A stretch of DNA of 61,605 nt, the filler included, from an uncultured bacterium (GTDB lineage: Bacteria; Hinthialibacterota; Hinthialibacteria; Hinthialibacterales; Hinthialibacteraceae): assembly GCA_964449065.1 (NCBI GenBank). It is 20 parts of 20 records of this genome, joined end to end, with 100 filler letters (N's around TTAATTAATTAA, not from the genome) between each part and the next. Parts side by side here need not be neighbours in the genome. Positions count along the whole stretch, not along the records: positions 19,183 to 22,238 come from CAYVAZ010000478.1; positions 22,339 to 25,377 come from CAYVAZ010000479.1; positions 25,478 to 28,513 come from CAYVAZ010000480.1; positions 28,614 to 31,612 come from CAYVAZ010000481.1; 16 more parts are not named here. One strand, written 5' to 3'. Made by a program: the position numbers and the translations under genes. Below are positions 19,304-28,702 of this stretch, piece after piece; the stretch's first letter is position 1; every line of letters begins with the position of its first letter. Below the pieces are notes generated by a model that did no database searches, was not told the DNA's origin, and saw nothing but the letters and a program-made list of their open reading frames with translations.

Positions 19304-20245
19304 TTAGTCTTTCTCCCATTCTGTGTGGGTCAACAACTCTTCAACCCTATCCGGCTCTACTGTCCCCGGACCGATGACGGTGGCCGCGGCGGTCGCGGTA
19401 GCAATGGCATAAGCAAACATCTCTTCTTCGGATTTACTTTCCAGCCAGGCGTATAAAAAGCCCCCGGCGACCGCGTCTCCACAGCCGACCGAATCGATAA
19501 TCTTGCCCGCATCAATCTTCACCTTCAACCGGTAATAGTGATCTTCTGTAGCGGCGGCAATGCCGCGTCCGCCAAGGGAGAGTATCACATACGCAATCTT
19601 GTATTCCGATTGCAGCCACTGGGCGGCATGTTTAATATCGTCTTCATTTTTGATGGCTTCGCCCATCAGCTCTTCGGCTTCATGCTCGTTCGATTTCAGC
19701 ATCCACGGTGATGAGCGAACCCCCTGCCGAAGCGGTTCGCCGCTTGAATCAAACACCGGCAAGACATCCATCTCATGGCATTGCGCTATCCATTGCGCGT
19801 ACAATCCGGGATCGGCATTCTTCGTCATACTGCCGGAAAACACCGCCGCATCCCCCGGCTGCAGGGCGGAAAACAGGTTTTCTTCAAATTGATTCAAATC
19901 GTCAGGCGGAACCGGTTGGCTGTGGATTTGGGTGTGTGTCACACTTCCGGTCGATTTTTCCAGCAGGGTACAATGTTTGCGTGTGAAGATGGGCGCCACC
20001 TTGATGACCGGCGTAATTGATCGGTTCTCAAGCGCTTTTTGATAGCTCTGGGCTTCATCATCACCGATAATGGCATGGGCTACCGATGGTTTTTCATAGC
20101 AGGACAAAATGTAAGACACATTGATGCCCTTGCCCGCCGGAACTTGCAGAAATTCAGGACAGCGGAAGGTTGTCCCTTTTTCAAAACGGTCAATCAAGTA
20201 AATTAGATCGGTAACAGGATTCAGTGTAATCGTATGAATAACCAT
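19304..20245 (-). CDS. 1-phosphofructokinase-family (PfkB) hexose kinase
   Basis: IHTITLNP, GKGINVS, FDSSGEPL, LSLGGRG, DSVGCGDA. Confidence 0.92.
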   Translation of the reverse strand: MVIHTITLNPVTDLIYLIDRFEKGTTFRCPEFLQVPAGKGINVSYILSCYEKPSVAHAIIGDDEAQSYQKALENRSITPVIKVAPIFTRKHCTLLEKSTGSVTHTQIHSQPVPPDDLNQFEENLFSALQPGDAAVFSGSMTKNADPGLYAQWIAQCHEMDVLPVFDSSGEPLRQGVRSSPWMLKSNEHEAEELMGEAIKNEDDIKHAAQWLQSEYKIAYVILSLGGRGIAAATEDHYYRLKVKIDAGKIIDSVGCGDAVAGGFLYAWLESKSEEEMFAYAIATATAAATVIGPGTVEPDRVEELLTHTEWEKD

Positions 20246-20292
20246 AGTTCACCGTAATCAGAAATGGAATTCAACCAAAGGGGATAAAACTC

Positions 20293-21603
20293 GTGTTCAA
20301 TTGGATTCGCAACAACGCTCATGTTATCACCATATCGTTCGGAACGACAGTCGCCATGTGGACGGGCGGTTATATCTTTCATTTGCCATTTTTTCAGTTC
20401 CCCGCACCTGTCTCACTGGTGTATTTTTTATTGTGTTTGATTGTGGCCGGGTACGTGACCGCAAAGAATTCACAATCCCCCATCGTGGATGGAGCCAAAA
20501 GCGGCTTCTTTATTTCTCTGTTAAATTTACTGATACTGGGCAGTGTGTTAAGCGGTGAGCAACCGGGAGACTTTCAGCCCGCTACCTGGATCTGGGTGCC
20601 CGGCTCGATTGCCTTTTGCATCGTGATTGTATCGGCGGTTTCTTTCATTGTCGCGGCATCTATTAAGAAGGCAAATCCCCCCGCCAATTGGCTTTACTAT
20701 TTCTCATGCATCACCGCGTTTTCAACGCTATTGCTGATTTTTGCCGGCGGCATCGTCACCAGCGCCGAAGCGGGATTGGCCGTGCCCGATTGGCCTAACT
20801 CGTATGGCTACAATATGTTCCTGTTCCCCTTAGCGAAAATGACCGGGGGGATTTATTATGAACACTCGCACCGCTTGTTGGGATCGTTGATAGGGCTCAC
20901 CACGATCGAACTCGCTTTTATGATTTTCGCTATGTCCGATAAAAAGTGGCTGAAGAATTTGGGTGTCGTGGCTGTCATATTAGTTGTGATCCAAGGCATC
21001 ATGGGCGGCTTGCGCGTTACGGGATATTTTACCATGTCGCAAGCGGCGGAAGAAATGGCCCCCAACCTCTATTTGGCGATGGCGCACGGCATCTCCGGCC
21101 AGGTCTTCTTTGGATTGTTGGTATCGATTGCCGCCTTCACCAGCACGGCATGGAATACAATGGAAGCGGTGCCGCACAACAAAGCCCGCAGCGAACAAGT
21201 CATGGCGAAAATCTTATTGGGGATGCTGGTGGTTCAACTCGTATTTGGATCGTTGCTGCGCCACGACTACGGCATGACCATATTGATGATTCACTTTAGC
21301 TGGGCGGTGTTGATCATGGCCAAAGCGGCGCTCGCGGCGGCGCGTGCCTGTTGGGGTAAGGTGCATCCCCCGCTGCTCAAACGCTTGGGCCGTTCGTTGG
21401 GGATTATCGTGCTGTTGCAGTTTATTTTGGGCATCGCTGCATTGGTCGGCGTGGTCAGTTCGCAACAGGCGGCTGAACCCACCATGCTGGATATCGTCTT
21501 CAGCACCATCCACCAAACCACCGGAGCCCTGCTGCTGGGCAACGTCATCTTACTCACAATATGGAACAGCCGCCTGCTCAAGCAGGAAACGAAAGAAGCG
21601 TGA
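20293..21603 (+). CDS. COX15/CtaA family heme A synthase-like protein with N-terminal membrane extension
   Basis: GGIVTS..AGLAVPDWP, YEHSHR, QGIMGGLRV, conserved His residues (AHG, IHF, IHQ). Confidence 0.88.
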   Translation: MFNWIRNNAHVITISFGTTVAMWTGGYIFHLPFFQFPAPVSLVYFLLCLIVAGYVTAKNSQSPIVDGAKSGFFISLLNLLILGSVLSGEQPGDFQPATWIWVPGSIAFCIVIVSAVSFIVAASIKKANPPANWLYYFSCITAFSTLLLIFAGGIVTSAEAGLAVPDWPNSYGYNMFLFPLAKMTGGIYYEHSHRLLGSLIGLTTIELAFMIFAMSDKKWLKNLGVVAVILVVIQGIMGGLRVTGYFTMSQAAEEMAPNLYLAMAHGISGQVFFGLLVSIAAFTSTAWNTMEAVPHNKARSEQVMAKILLGMLVVQLVFGSLLRHDYGMTILMIHFSWAVLIMAKAALAAARACWGKVHPPLLKRLGRSLGIIVLLQFILGIAALVGVVSSQQAAEPTMLDIVFSTIHQTTGALLLGNVILLTIWNSRLLKQETKEA

Positions 21604-21769
21604 ATCGGTGGGATCAAAGCGAAGCGCAGCCCACCACTCGCGTCAGCGGAACATGGGAGGGTGAGGTTCCTGCCGAACCGGATGTACGGTATGATTGAAT
21701 TAGAATTCTTTCCTAAAACGGTTTATATAAAACGGTTTATAATTGCGTAAACCCGATTGGGATGAGTGA

Positions 21770-22168
<399 letters not shown>

Positions 22169-22238
22169 CTCACGTTACGCACCACATTATGATATGCCCA
22201 TTTTTCTAATCGTTCGCTGAATCTATCGCCCTCGCCCA
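22169..22238. mobile_element. MITE family A fragment to contig end
   Basis: TAA|CTCACGTTACGC...; reverse complement of about 18900-18968. Confidence 0.8.
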
Positions 22239-22338
22239 NNNNNNNNNNNNNNNNNNNNNNNNNNNNNNNNNNNNNNNNNNNNTTAATTAATTAANNNNNN
22301 NNNNNNNNNNNNNNNNNNNNNNNNNNNNNNNNNNNNNN

Positions 22339-22436
22339 GGGAGAAGACGATAGACACTGCGTTTGACTGAGAATAGTTGGCTCACAACAAAACCCATTTT
22401 TCAAGCAATCGTCAAACATTATTTCCGTAACATCAA
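22339..22436. mobile_element. MITE family A fragment (diverged left end) at contig start
   Basis: Reverse complement aligns with 18695-18790; ends CGTAACATCAA|TTA. Confidence 0.65.
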
Positions 22437-22637
22437 TTACTATCTTAACAAGAAAATCAATTCACGGTACACTAAATCTTTAAATCATTCTTATCGCCAA
22501 CAGGAATCATGACAAAAACGCACAACCCCCATAGTTGGATCAACTTCATCCGTTTAATCGCTTTAACCCTAATGACCGGGGTGATATACCTTCTCTTAAA
22601 GGTTCAAGGCAAACTTCGTTTATAAGGACTTTTTGGT

Positions 22638-24101
22638 TTGATACAAGCATACCGTTTTCTTATTTTCAAATGCGTATCGGTCGGGATGGTTATAGTTGGA
22701 TTTGTCATTCTTGAACTTGTATTGCGAATCGTGACAACCGCCCCTTATGACCGCTTGCACGACCCGCTGGTTTCCTTTTACAACCTAAGGCCGCTGTTTG
22801 AAATGAATGATCAAACCGGCAGATATGAAACCGCGGACAGCCGGTTGTACTATTTTTGGCCGCAATCGTTTCCAGCCGCAAAATCCCAAAACACGTTTCG
22901 AATCTTTTGTCTGGGCGGCTCTACCGTTCAAGGAAGGCCGTACGCGGTACCGACTTCCTTCACAACCTGGCTGCAACGCAGTTTACAAAGTATCGAACCC
23001 GATACCCATTGGCAAATGGTGAACTGCGGCGGGATATCGTATGCCAGTTACCGGTTAATCCCCATCCTCAAAGAAGTGTTGAACCACCATCCCGATCTCA
23101 TCATCCTCTATACCGGACACAATGAATTTTTAGAAGACAGAAACTATCAAAGTATCAAAAATATCCCCTATTCCCTGATCCGAATGCATCATTTCTTTCT
23201 ACAGTTTCGCCTGTATTCTCTGCCGCATTATTGGCTGCGTGATTATCAAAACCGAACCGCCAAACTGCATTTTCTCCCTTCCGATATTAATGCCCGGTTA
23301 GACCGTGAAGAGGGAATGGCCGAATATCACCGCGACCCGGTGTGGAAAGAAGGCACCATCAAACACTTCCGTTTGAATTTGGAACTCATGATTGATGCCT
23401 GCAAGAAAAGAGATATCCCCATCATCCTGATGAATCCGGTGGCCAATTTAAGAGACAGCCCTCCATTCAAGGCAGAACACAGTTCCGGATTATCCGAGGA
23501 AGAAATTAGCAGGGTGAATCAATTGCTCCAGCAGATAAACAAACTGCCATTGGATGATCCGAAGCGATTAGCGCTTTGTGAGAAGGCTGTTGAGCTGGAC
23601 CCGCAAAATCCAGATGTTCTATACCAACTTGCACAAACATACGATTATGCTGGTGACAAAGAAGGAGCGAAACGGAGGTATATCCAAGCCAAAGATCAAG
23701 ATATATGCCCCTTACGGATTCTTGAGCCGATGAATGACGCAATTATTGAAACCGCTAGAAGTTATGATATAGCGCTTGCCGATGTAAAGAAAAAGTTTGA
23801 ATCCATCTCAAAAGACGGCATTCCAGGGGATGATTGGCTGGTCGATCATGTACACCCCAGTGTAGACGGGCACAAAGTCATCGCGGATATGCTGGCTGAA
23901 ACCCTGCGAGACATGAATTTCATTAAACTACCGCCAAATTGGAAACCAATCCGAAAACAAGCCTGGCAAGATCATATTGAAGCGTTGCCTAACGAATATT
24001 TTGAAGAAGGCGAAAAAGAACTGCGGCAATTGCTGTATTGGGGCCGACGGATTGATTTGCCCAAGCAAAACAAACCGGTCAAACGCATTCCAGCGCAATA
24101 A
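22638..24101 (+). CDS. SGNH/GDSL hydrolase-family protein with TPR insert
   Basis: RIFCLGGSTVQG, VNCGGISYAS, YTGHNEF, DHVHP; TPR-like AVELDPQNPDVLYQLA. Confidence 0.85.
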   Translation: MIQAYRFLIFKCVSVGMVIVGFVILELVLRIVTTAPYDRLHDPLVSFYNLRPLFEMNDQTGRYETADSRLYYFWPQSFPAAKSQNTFRIFCLGGSTVQGRPYAVPTSFTTWLQRSLQSIEPDTHWQMVNCGGISYASYRLIPILKEVLNHHPDLIILYTGHNEFLEDRNYQSIKNIPYSLIRMHHFFLQFRLYSLPHYWLRDYQNRTAKLHFLPSDINARLDREEGMAEYHRDPVWKEGTIKHFRLNLELMIDACKKRDIPIILMNPVANLRDSPPFKAEHSSGLSEEEISRVNQLLQQINKLPLDDPKRLALCEKAVELDPQNPDVLYQLAQTYDYAGDKEGAKRRYIQAKDQDICPLRILEPMNDAIIETARSYDIALADVKKKFESISKDGIPGDDWLVDHVHPSVDGHKVIADMLAETLRDMNFIKLPPNWKPIRKQAWQDHIEALPNEYFEEGEKELRQLLYWGRRIDLPKQNKPVKRIPAQ

Positions 24102-24140
24102 TATGAGATTTTAAGGTGTGTGAAGTTTTTAAAAAAACAC

Positions 24141-24167
24141 TAAAGTCTCAAGAAAACCTGCCGATAA
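24141..24167 (+). promoter_or_regulatory. Sigma-28 (FliA) promoter
   Basis: TAAA-N15-GCCGATAA, exact consensus, 36 nt upstream of ATG 24204. Confidence 0.8.
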
Positions 24168-24203
24168 TGTTAGTACGAATTTCCATAGATAGGAGATAAA
24201 GTA

Positions 24204-24395
24204 ATGGAAATTGGTGCTCTTTCACAAGCCATTAGTTCACAAACAGCGATGGGAGTATTGGTCAGCGAAGTGCTCAGCCAAGCAACGGAAATGATCAAAT
24301 CCCAACAAGCAGCTGACGTTGCCGTACAAAACGTCCAAGCTTCTGCCAAAGCCGTGGATGAAAATCTGGGAAATTTGGTTGACATTATCTCATAG
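24204..24395 (+). CDS. Small YjfB-like putative motility protein
   Basis: AGGAG RBS; Q/A-rich 63 aa ending NLGNLVDIIS; sigma-28 promoter. Confidence 0.65.
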   Translation: MEIGALSQAISSQTAMGVLVSEVLSQATEMIKSQQAADVAVQNVQASAKAVDENLGNLVDIIS

Positions 24396-24490
24396 TATGG
24401 AATCTCATAGTATGGAGATTAGAATTTCCCCGCCTTTTCCACTACCTGTCTTTTTTTCTCATAAATTTAAATTTACTGTAATTTAATTTA

Positions 24491-25108
24491 CTAAACTCTA
24501 TCCTTTATTAAATCAACAAGTTGCTTCCATATTTTATCTATATCACTATTTACACTTATCACCACAAACCGTTCCGGTTCTTTCTCTGCGATTGTTAAAA
24601 ATCCATTTCTAACACGCCGCATAAATTTGACATCTTCGCTTTCGAAGCGGTCTCCTTTCCCGGAGACATTCTGGGCTCTATGCAATCCGGTTTCGGCATC
24701 GATATCGAGTAGGATAGTTATATCCGGTTTCTTTCCGTGCGAAGCAAAGAGGTTCAATTGTTCGACCTTCTCTAAGTCCAATCCTCTACCGTAGCCTTGA
24801 TACGCAGTGGTGGAATCGAAAAAGCGGTCTAAGACTACAATTTTCTCTTTTGAAAGAGCCGGCAAGATTTGTTCATCCATAATTTGCCGCCGGGCTGCCT
24901 CAAACAAAAGCAGTTCGGTTTCCGGCGCGAGTTGAATCTTGGGATTCAGCAACATTTCCCGGATTGCCTCTCCAGCCTGTGTGCCGCCCGGTTCCCGCGA
25001 ATGCAGGCACGCATGGCCATTATCTTCTAGCCAGGCCATCAACCGTTTCGCGATGGTTGTTTTGCCGGAACCTTCTATGCCTTCGATCGTGATTAATTTT
25101 CCTGTCAT
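24491..25108 (-). CDS. tmk: Thymidylate kinase
   Basis: ITIEGIEGSGKTT, REPGGT, DRFFDSTTAYQG, DRFE. Confidence 0.97.
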   Translation of the reverse strand: MTGKLITIEGIEGSGKTTIAKRLMAWLEDNGHACLHSREPGGTQAGEAIREMLLNPKIQLAPETELLLFEAARRQIMDEQILPALSKEKIVVLDRFFDSTTAYQGYGRGLDLEKVEQLNLFASHGKKPDITILLDIDAETGLHRAQNVSGKGDRFESEDVKFMRRVRNGFLTIAEKEPERFVVISVNSDIDKIWKQLVDLIKDRV

Positions 25109-25189
25109 ATCCGTTCATCCCAAAAAGAAAAAAATGACCTTTAAGATCACCCATTATTAACGACCTAACAAATCTTCAAAGATGAACAC

Positions 25190-25216
25190 AGGGACACGTA
25201 GCAATGTGTCCCCTAC
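25190..25216 (-). repeat. GTAG-type REP-like hairpin
   Basis: Minus strand GTAG-GGGACACAT-TGCT-ACGTGTCCC. Confidence 0.5.
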
Positions 25217-25477
25217 AAAGTTCCGCACCATTTTGACTCAATATAATACCATTTCCAAATTGAATTGTTCACGAAAATCAAAACGGCTTAACAGATTGCT
25301 TGGTTTGATTGCCAAGGAAAATACTTCTTTAAAACAGGTTGAATCATTCTGGTTTATGGTTCTCTTCGCACCCCCTCNNNNNNNNNNNNNNNNNNNNNNN
25401 NNNNNNNNNNNNNNNNNNNNNTTAATTAATTAANNNNNNNNNNNNNNNNNNNNNNNNNNNNNNNNNNNNNNNNNNNN

Positions 25478-25818
25478 ATAGCGGGCCGCGCGGCGCTGCG
25501 AAAATCCTCCAGCGTGCGCTGACGGCCATGGGTGCCGCGGTCGCGGTGGACGGCGTGATCGGTCCGAAAACCATCGCAGCGGCAAAGCTGGTTGAGTCGA
25601 TCGAGCTCGGAAAGGCGATGATCCGCGAACGCCTCGCTCTTTATGACCGGATCGTCGAAAAGCGGCCGGACCAGTCGGTCTTTCTGCAGGGCTGGCGCAA
25701 CCGGACGCTGGACCTTTCGCGGGATGCCAAGCTGGATGATCCTGTCGGGGTGCTCGAGGGACTGGAGACCACCGCCATTCAGCCTGAAAACACCGCCTTT
25801 GCAGAATTCATCGACTGA
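25478..25818 (+). CDS. GH108-type lysozyme C-terminal/peptidoglycan-binding part (5'-truncated)
   Basis: SGP.GA.KILQRAL...VDGVIGPKT...FLQGWRNR; paralogue of the tail of the next gene. Confidence 0.85.
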
Positions 25819-25836
25819 TCCCGGGGGAGACGGGCC

Positions 25837-28299
25837 ATGAGTGTGGATCACATCGCAGATGCCATTGTCGAGCTGTCGCGAACCGATGCCGGGGCGGCCA
25901 TCGAAAAGGCCACCGAATTCACCGATGCGCTTCTCGCTCTGACACCGGCCAGACAGGGCGCAGGCCTCTTCAGCCTGACGAAGCGGCTGCGCAAGGCGCG
26001 TGCGTTCGACGTGCTTGAGGGCGTCTGCGAAACGGTGGAAGCAGCGGGCATCTGGTGGGGCTGGCCGATGAGCCATCACGCCCAGGCCCTGATCGAGCGC
26101 GGGGCCAGCCTTCCGGCCATTGGATTGCTGCAAAAAGCCCGCGAGGCCGCACAGGATGAACGCGACAGCAAGCTTTTCGCCGATGCCTGGGCGCTGGAGG
26201 GGCGCGCCTACAAGGATTTGTTTGTCACGGGCGTTCGGCGTTTCCCGCGACCGGCCCCGACTGTGCTCGAAACCTTCGCGCGCAGGGCCGAAGCCGCCTA
26301 TGGCAAGGCCTACCGCCAGCTTGCCGGTACGCCTGAGGCACATTATCCCGCGATCAACATGCTTGCCATGGGCCGGCTCGCCGAACGCGAGGGCTTCGCG
26401 CTTGAGCCGCTGGACCCGCTGATCGGTCTGGCCGAGGGTGTTGTTGCGGAGGTCAGTGGGCGCAGGTCCAGTGATCCGGGCAATCTGCATGCCTGGGACA
26501 TTGCCTCGGCCGCCGAGGCAGCCGCCTATCTCGGACACTGGGAAGAGGCACGAGATCGCGTCAGGGACTATATCGTGGCGGCGGGCGATGATGCCTTTGC
26601 GCTGGCCGGGACGCTGCGCCAGTTCGATTTGCTCTACGGCGGGATGACGAAGGTACCGCAGGTCGTCGAAGTGCTCGACCATCTAAAATTGGCCCTGATG
26701 AAGGCCGAGGGCGGTTCGGTCCAGCTGACACACAAGCAAACCGCGCGGCTGGTAAGGGCACCGTCCGGCGGCATGTCCATCGGCGATGATGGCGAGCCGG
26801 AACAGTCAACCGATGTCGAGGCTGTGCATGAACGCGTCGCCGATATGGACGCAATGCTTGAAAAGGTCTGGGGGGCTGAGGCCGGCATTTCCCACCGCAA
26901 GCTGCAGGACGTCATGCAGCGCGCCCGCGCGGTCGCCCGGGTGATGATGCAGACAGAGCGGTCGTCACGCCAGACCATCGGCACCGGCTTCCTCATCAGG
27001 GGGGAGCTGGCTTCGGACACGCTCAGGGGCGAGGTTCTGTTCCTGACCAATGCCCATGTGGTCTGCAATGATTATCGGGACGCGCCGGCGCGGGCAGGGG
27101 AGGCCTGGGCCTCGTTCGATGCGTCTCCGCAGCTGGGAGACCTCGAACTTAAAAACCTGCTCTGGTCCTCGCCGCCGGACGAGCATGATGTTTCGATCTT
27201 CAAGGTCAGGGCTTCGGGTCGCAGGGGTCAGCATGTGCGAGAGGTGGCGAACCTCATGGCGCTCGCAAAGGGCCTGCCGCATCTGCACCAGCAGCGCGAT
27301 GGCAAGAAGGTGCCTATAAGAGTTTACGACATCGGCCACCGGGCGGGTGAGGACCTGTCCTATTCCATGCGTGACAATGAGCTGATCGATTTCGAGAATG
27401 TCTATGGTGAGGCGCCCGGCCCGGAACCTCGCCGCATCCATTACCTCGCGCCGAAGGCGCCAGGAAGTGCAGGAAGCCCGGTGTTCAATGCCCGCACGCT
27501 GGAGCTGATTGGCATCCGCCATGCCCGTGGGAACCTGCCGAGGCTGAACGGTGCGGAAGGCAGGTATAATGTCGCAGAGGCGCTGTGGATCAGGCCTCTG
27601 CTCACCGCTTTTGCCGACACGATAGTTGCGCGTCCCCCTGAAAAGTCCGCCGAACGTGATGGACAGCAGAAGCGGTCAGCGGATGCCGGAACCCGCTTCA
27701 CTGTCGCGCTCGATTTCGCGCTGAAATGGCGAGGCGGCTATTCCAACCACCCTGCCGACCGGGGCGGGGCGACCAACCGTGGCATCACGCAGGCGACCTA
27801 TGATGCCTGGCTTGAAGCGCAGGGCGAGGATGTCCGCTCGGTGAAGCTCCTCACCGAGGAGGAAATGCACGCGATCTACCGGGCCAATTACTGGCAGGCG
27901 GCGCGGTGTGATCGATTTGCCCCGAACATCGACTGGCTGATGTTCGACATTGCGGTGAATAGCGGGCCACGCGGCGCTGCGAAAATCCTCCAGCGCGCGC
28001 TGACGGCCAGTGGTGCCGTGGTCGCGGTGGACGGCGTGATCGGTCCGAAAACCATCGCAGCGACAAAGCTGGTAGAGCTGATCGAGCTCGGAAAGGAGAT
28101 GATCCGCGAACGCCTCGCTCTTTATGACCGGATCGTCGCGCAGCGGCCCGACCAGTCGGTCTTTCTGCAGGGCTGGCGCAACCGGACGCTTGACCTTTCG
28201 CGGGCTGCCGAACTGGATGATTCTGATAAAGTGCTTGAGGGACTGGAGACCACCGTCATTCAGCCTGAAGACACAGGCTTTGCAGAATTCATCGACTGA
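25837..28299 (+). CDS. Multidomain protein: TPR-like sensor (TRAFs-binding/TPR-S-like) + trypsin-like peptidase + GH108 lysozyme-like/PG-binding domain
   Basis: GRAYKD, HYPAIN, WDIASAAEA (TPR part); GTGFLI, LTNAHVV, DVSIF, GSAGSPVF (trypsin fold); GGYSNHPADRGGATNRGIT, FDIAVNSG, DGVIGPKT, GWRNR (GH108); GGGAGA RBS. Confidence 0.85.
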   Translation: MSVDHIADAIVELSRTDAGAAIEKATEFTDALLALTPARQGAGLFSLTKRLRKARAFDVLEGVCETVEAAGIWWGWPMSHHAQALIERGASLPAIGLLQKAREAAQDERDSKLFADAWALEGRAYKDLFVTGVRRFPRPAPTVLETFARRAEAAYGKAYRQLAGTPEAHYPAINMLAMGRLAEREGFALEPLDPLIGLAEGVVAEVSGRRSSDPGNLHAWDIASAAEAAAYLGHWEEARDRVRDYIVAAGDDAFALAGTLRQFDLLYGGMTKVPQVVEVLDHLKLALMKAEGGSVQLTHKQTARLVRAPSGGMSIGDDGEPEQSTDVEAVHERVADMDAMLEKVWGAEAGISHRKLQDVMQRARAVARVMMQTERSSRQTIGTGFLIRGELASDTLRGEVLFLTNAHVVCNDYRDAPARAGEAWASFDASPQLGDLELKNLLWSSPPDEHDVSIFKVRASGRRGQHVREVANLMALAKGLPHLHQQRDGKKVPIRVYDIGHRAGEDLSYSMRDNELIDFENVYGEAPGPEPRRIHYLAPKAPGSAGSPVFNARTLELIGIRHARGNLPRLNGAEGRYNVAEALWIRPLLTAFADTIVARPPEKSAERDGQQKRSADAGTRFTVALDFALKWRGGYSNHPADRGGATNRGITQATYDAWLEAQGEDVRSVKLLTEEEMHAIYRANYWQAARCDRFAPNIDWLMFDIAVNSGPRGAAKILQRALTASGAVVAVDGVIGPKTIAATKLVELIELGKEMIRERLALYDRIVAQRPDQSVFLQGWRNRTLDLSRAAELDDSDKVLEGLETTVIQPEDTGFAEFID

Positions 28300-28326
28300 T
28301 CCTTGGGAGACATGCCGTGAGTGTGG
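27959..28326 (+). repeat. Direct repeat of 25478-25846
   Basis: 344 bp ungapped with about 29 mismatches (counted by eye); similarity continues through the RBS and (A/G)TGAGTGTGG. Confidence 0.95.
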
Positions 28327-28702
28327 CTGGTCCTGTCAGGCAAACCGCTTGAAGCACCCTGCTTGACTTCGCCGCCTTAACGGGTGAGCCAATAATTCCG
28401 CTATTTCAAGACTTCGCCCAAGATCATCCGGCTTGCCGATATGATGTATCGTAAGCGTTGTCTGACGACCACCGCTTCGCCGGGTTGTCTCTGTGGCCTG
28501 CATTGCTGATCTTNNNNNNNNNNNNNNNNNNNNNNNNNNNNNNNNNNNNNNNNNNNNTTAATTAATTAANNNNNNNNNNNNNNNNNNNNNNNNNNNNNNN
28601 NNNNNNNNNNNNNCCGTTACATTGCTGAAGTCCGGCTCGCCTAAATCCACCGGCTGGAATTGACTGCCAGTGCCGTAGCCGAGATTCGCGAAGCGGTATG
28701 AG

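Noticed and set aside
22238..22339. Joining adjacent contigs because both edges are MITE A
   Set aside because: Contigs are ordered by length, and the sequence after 22439 does not resume the toxin frame
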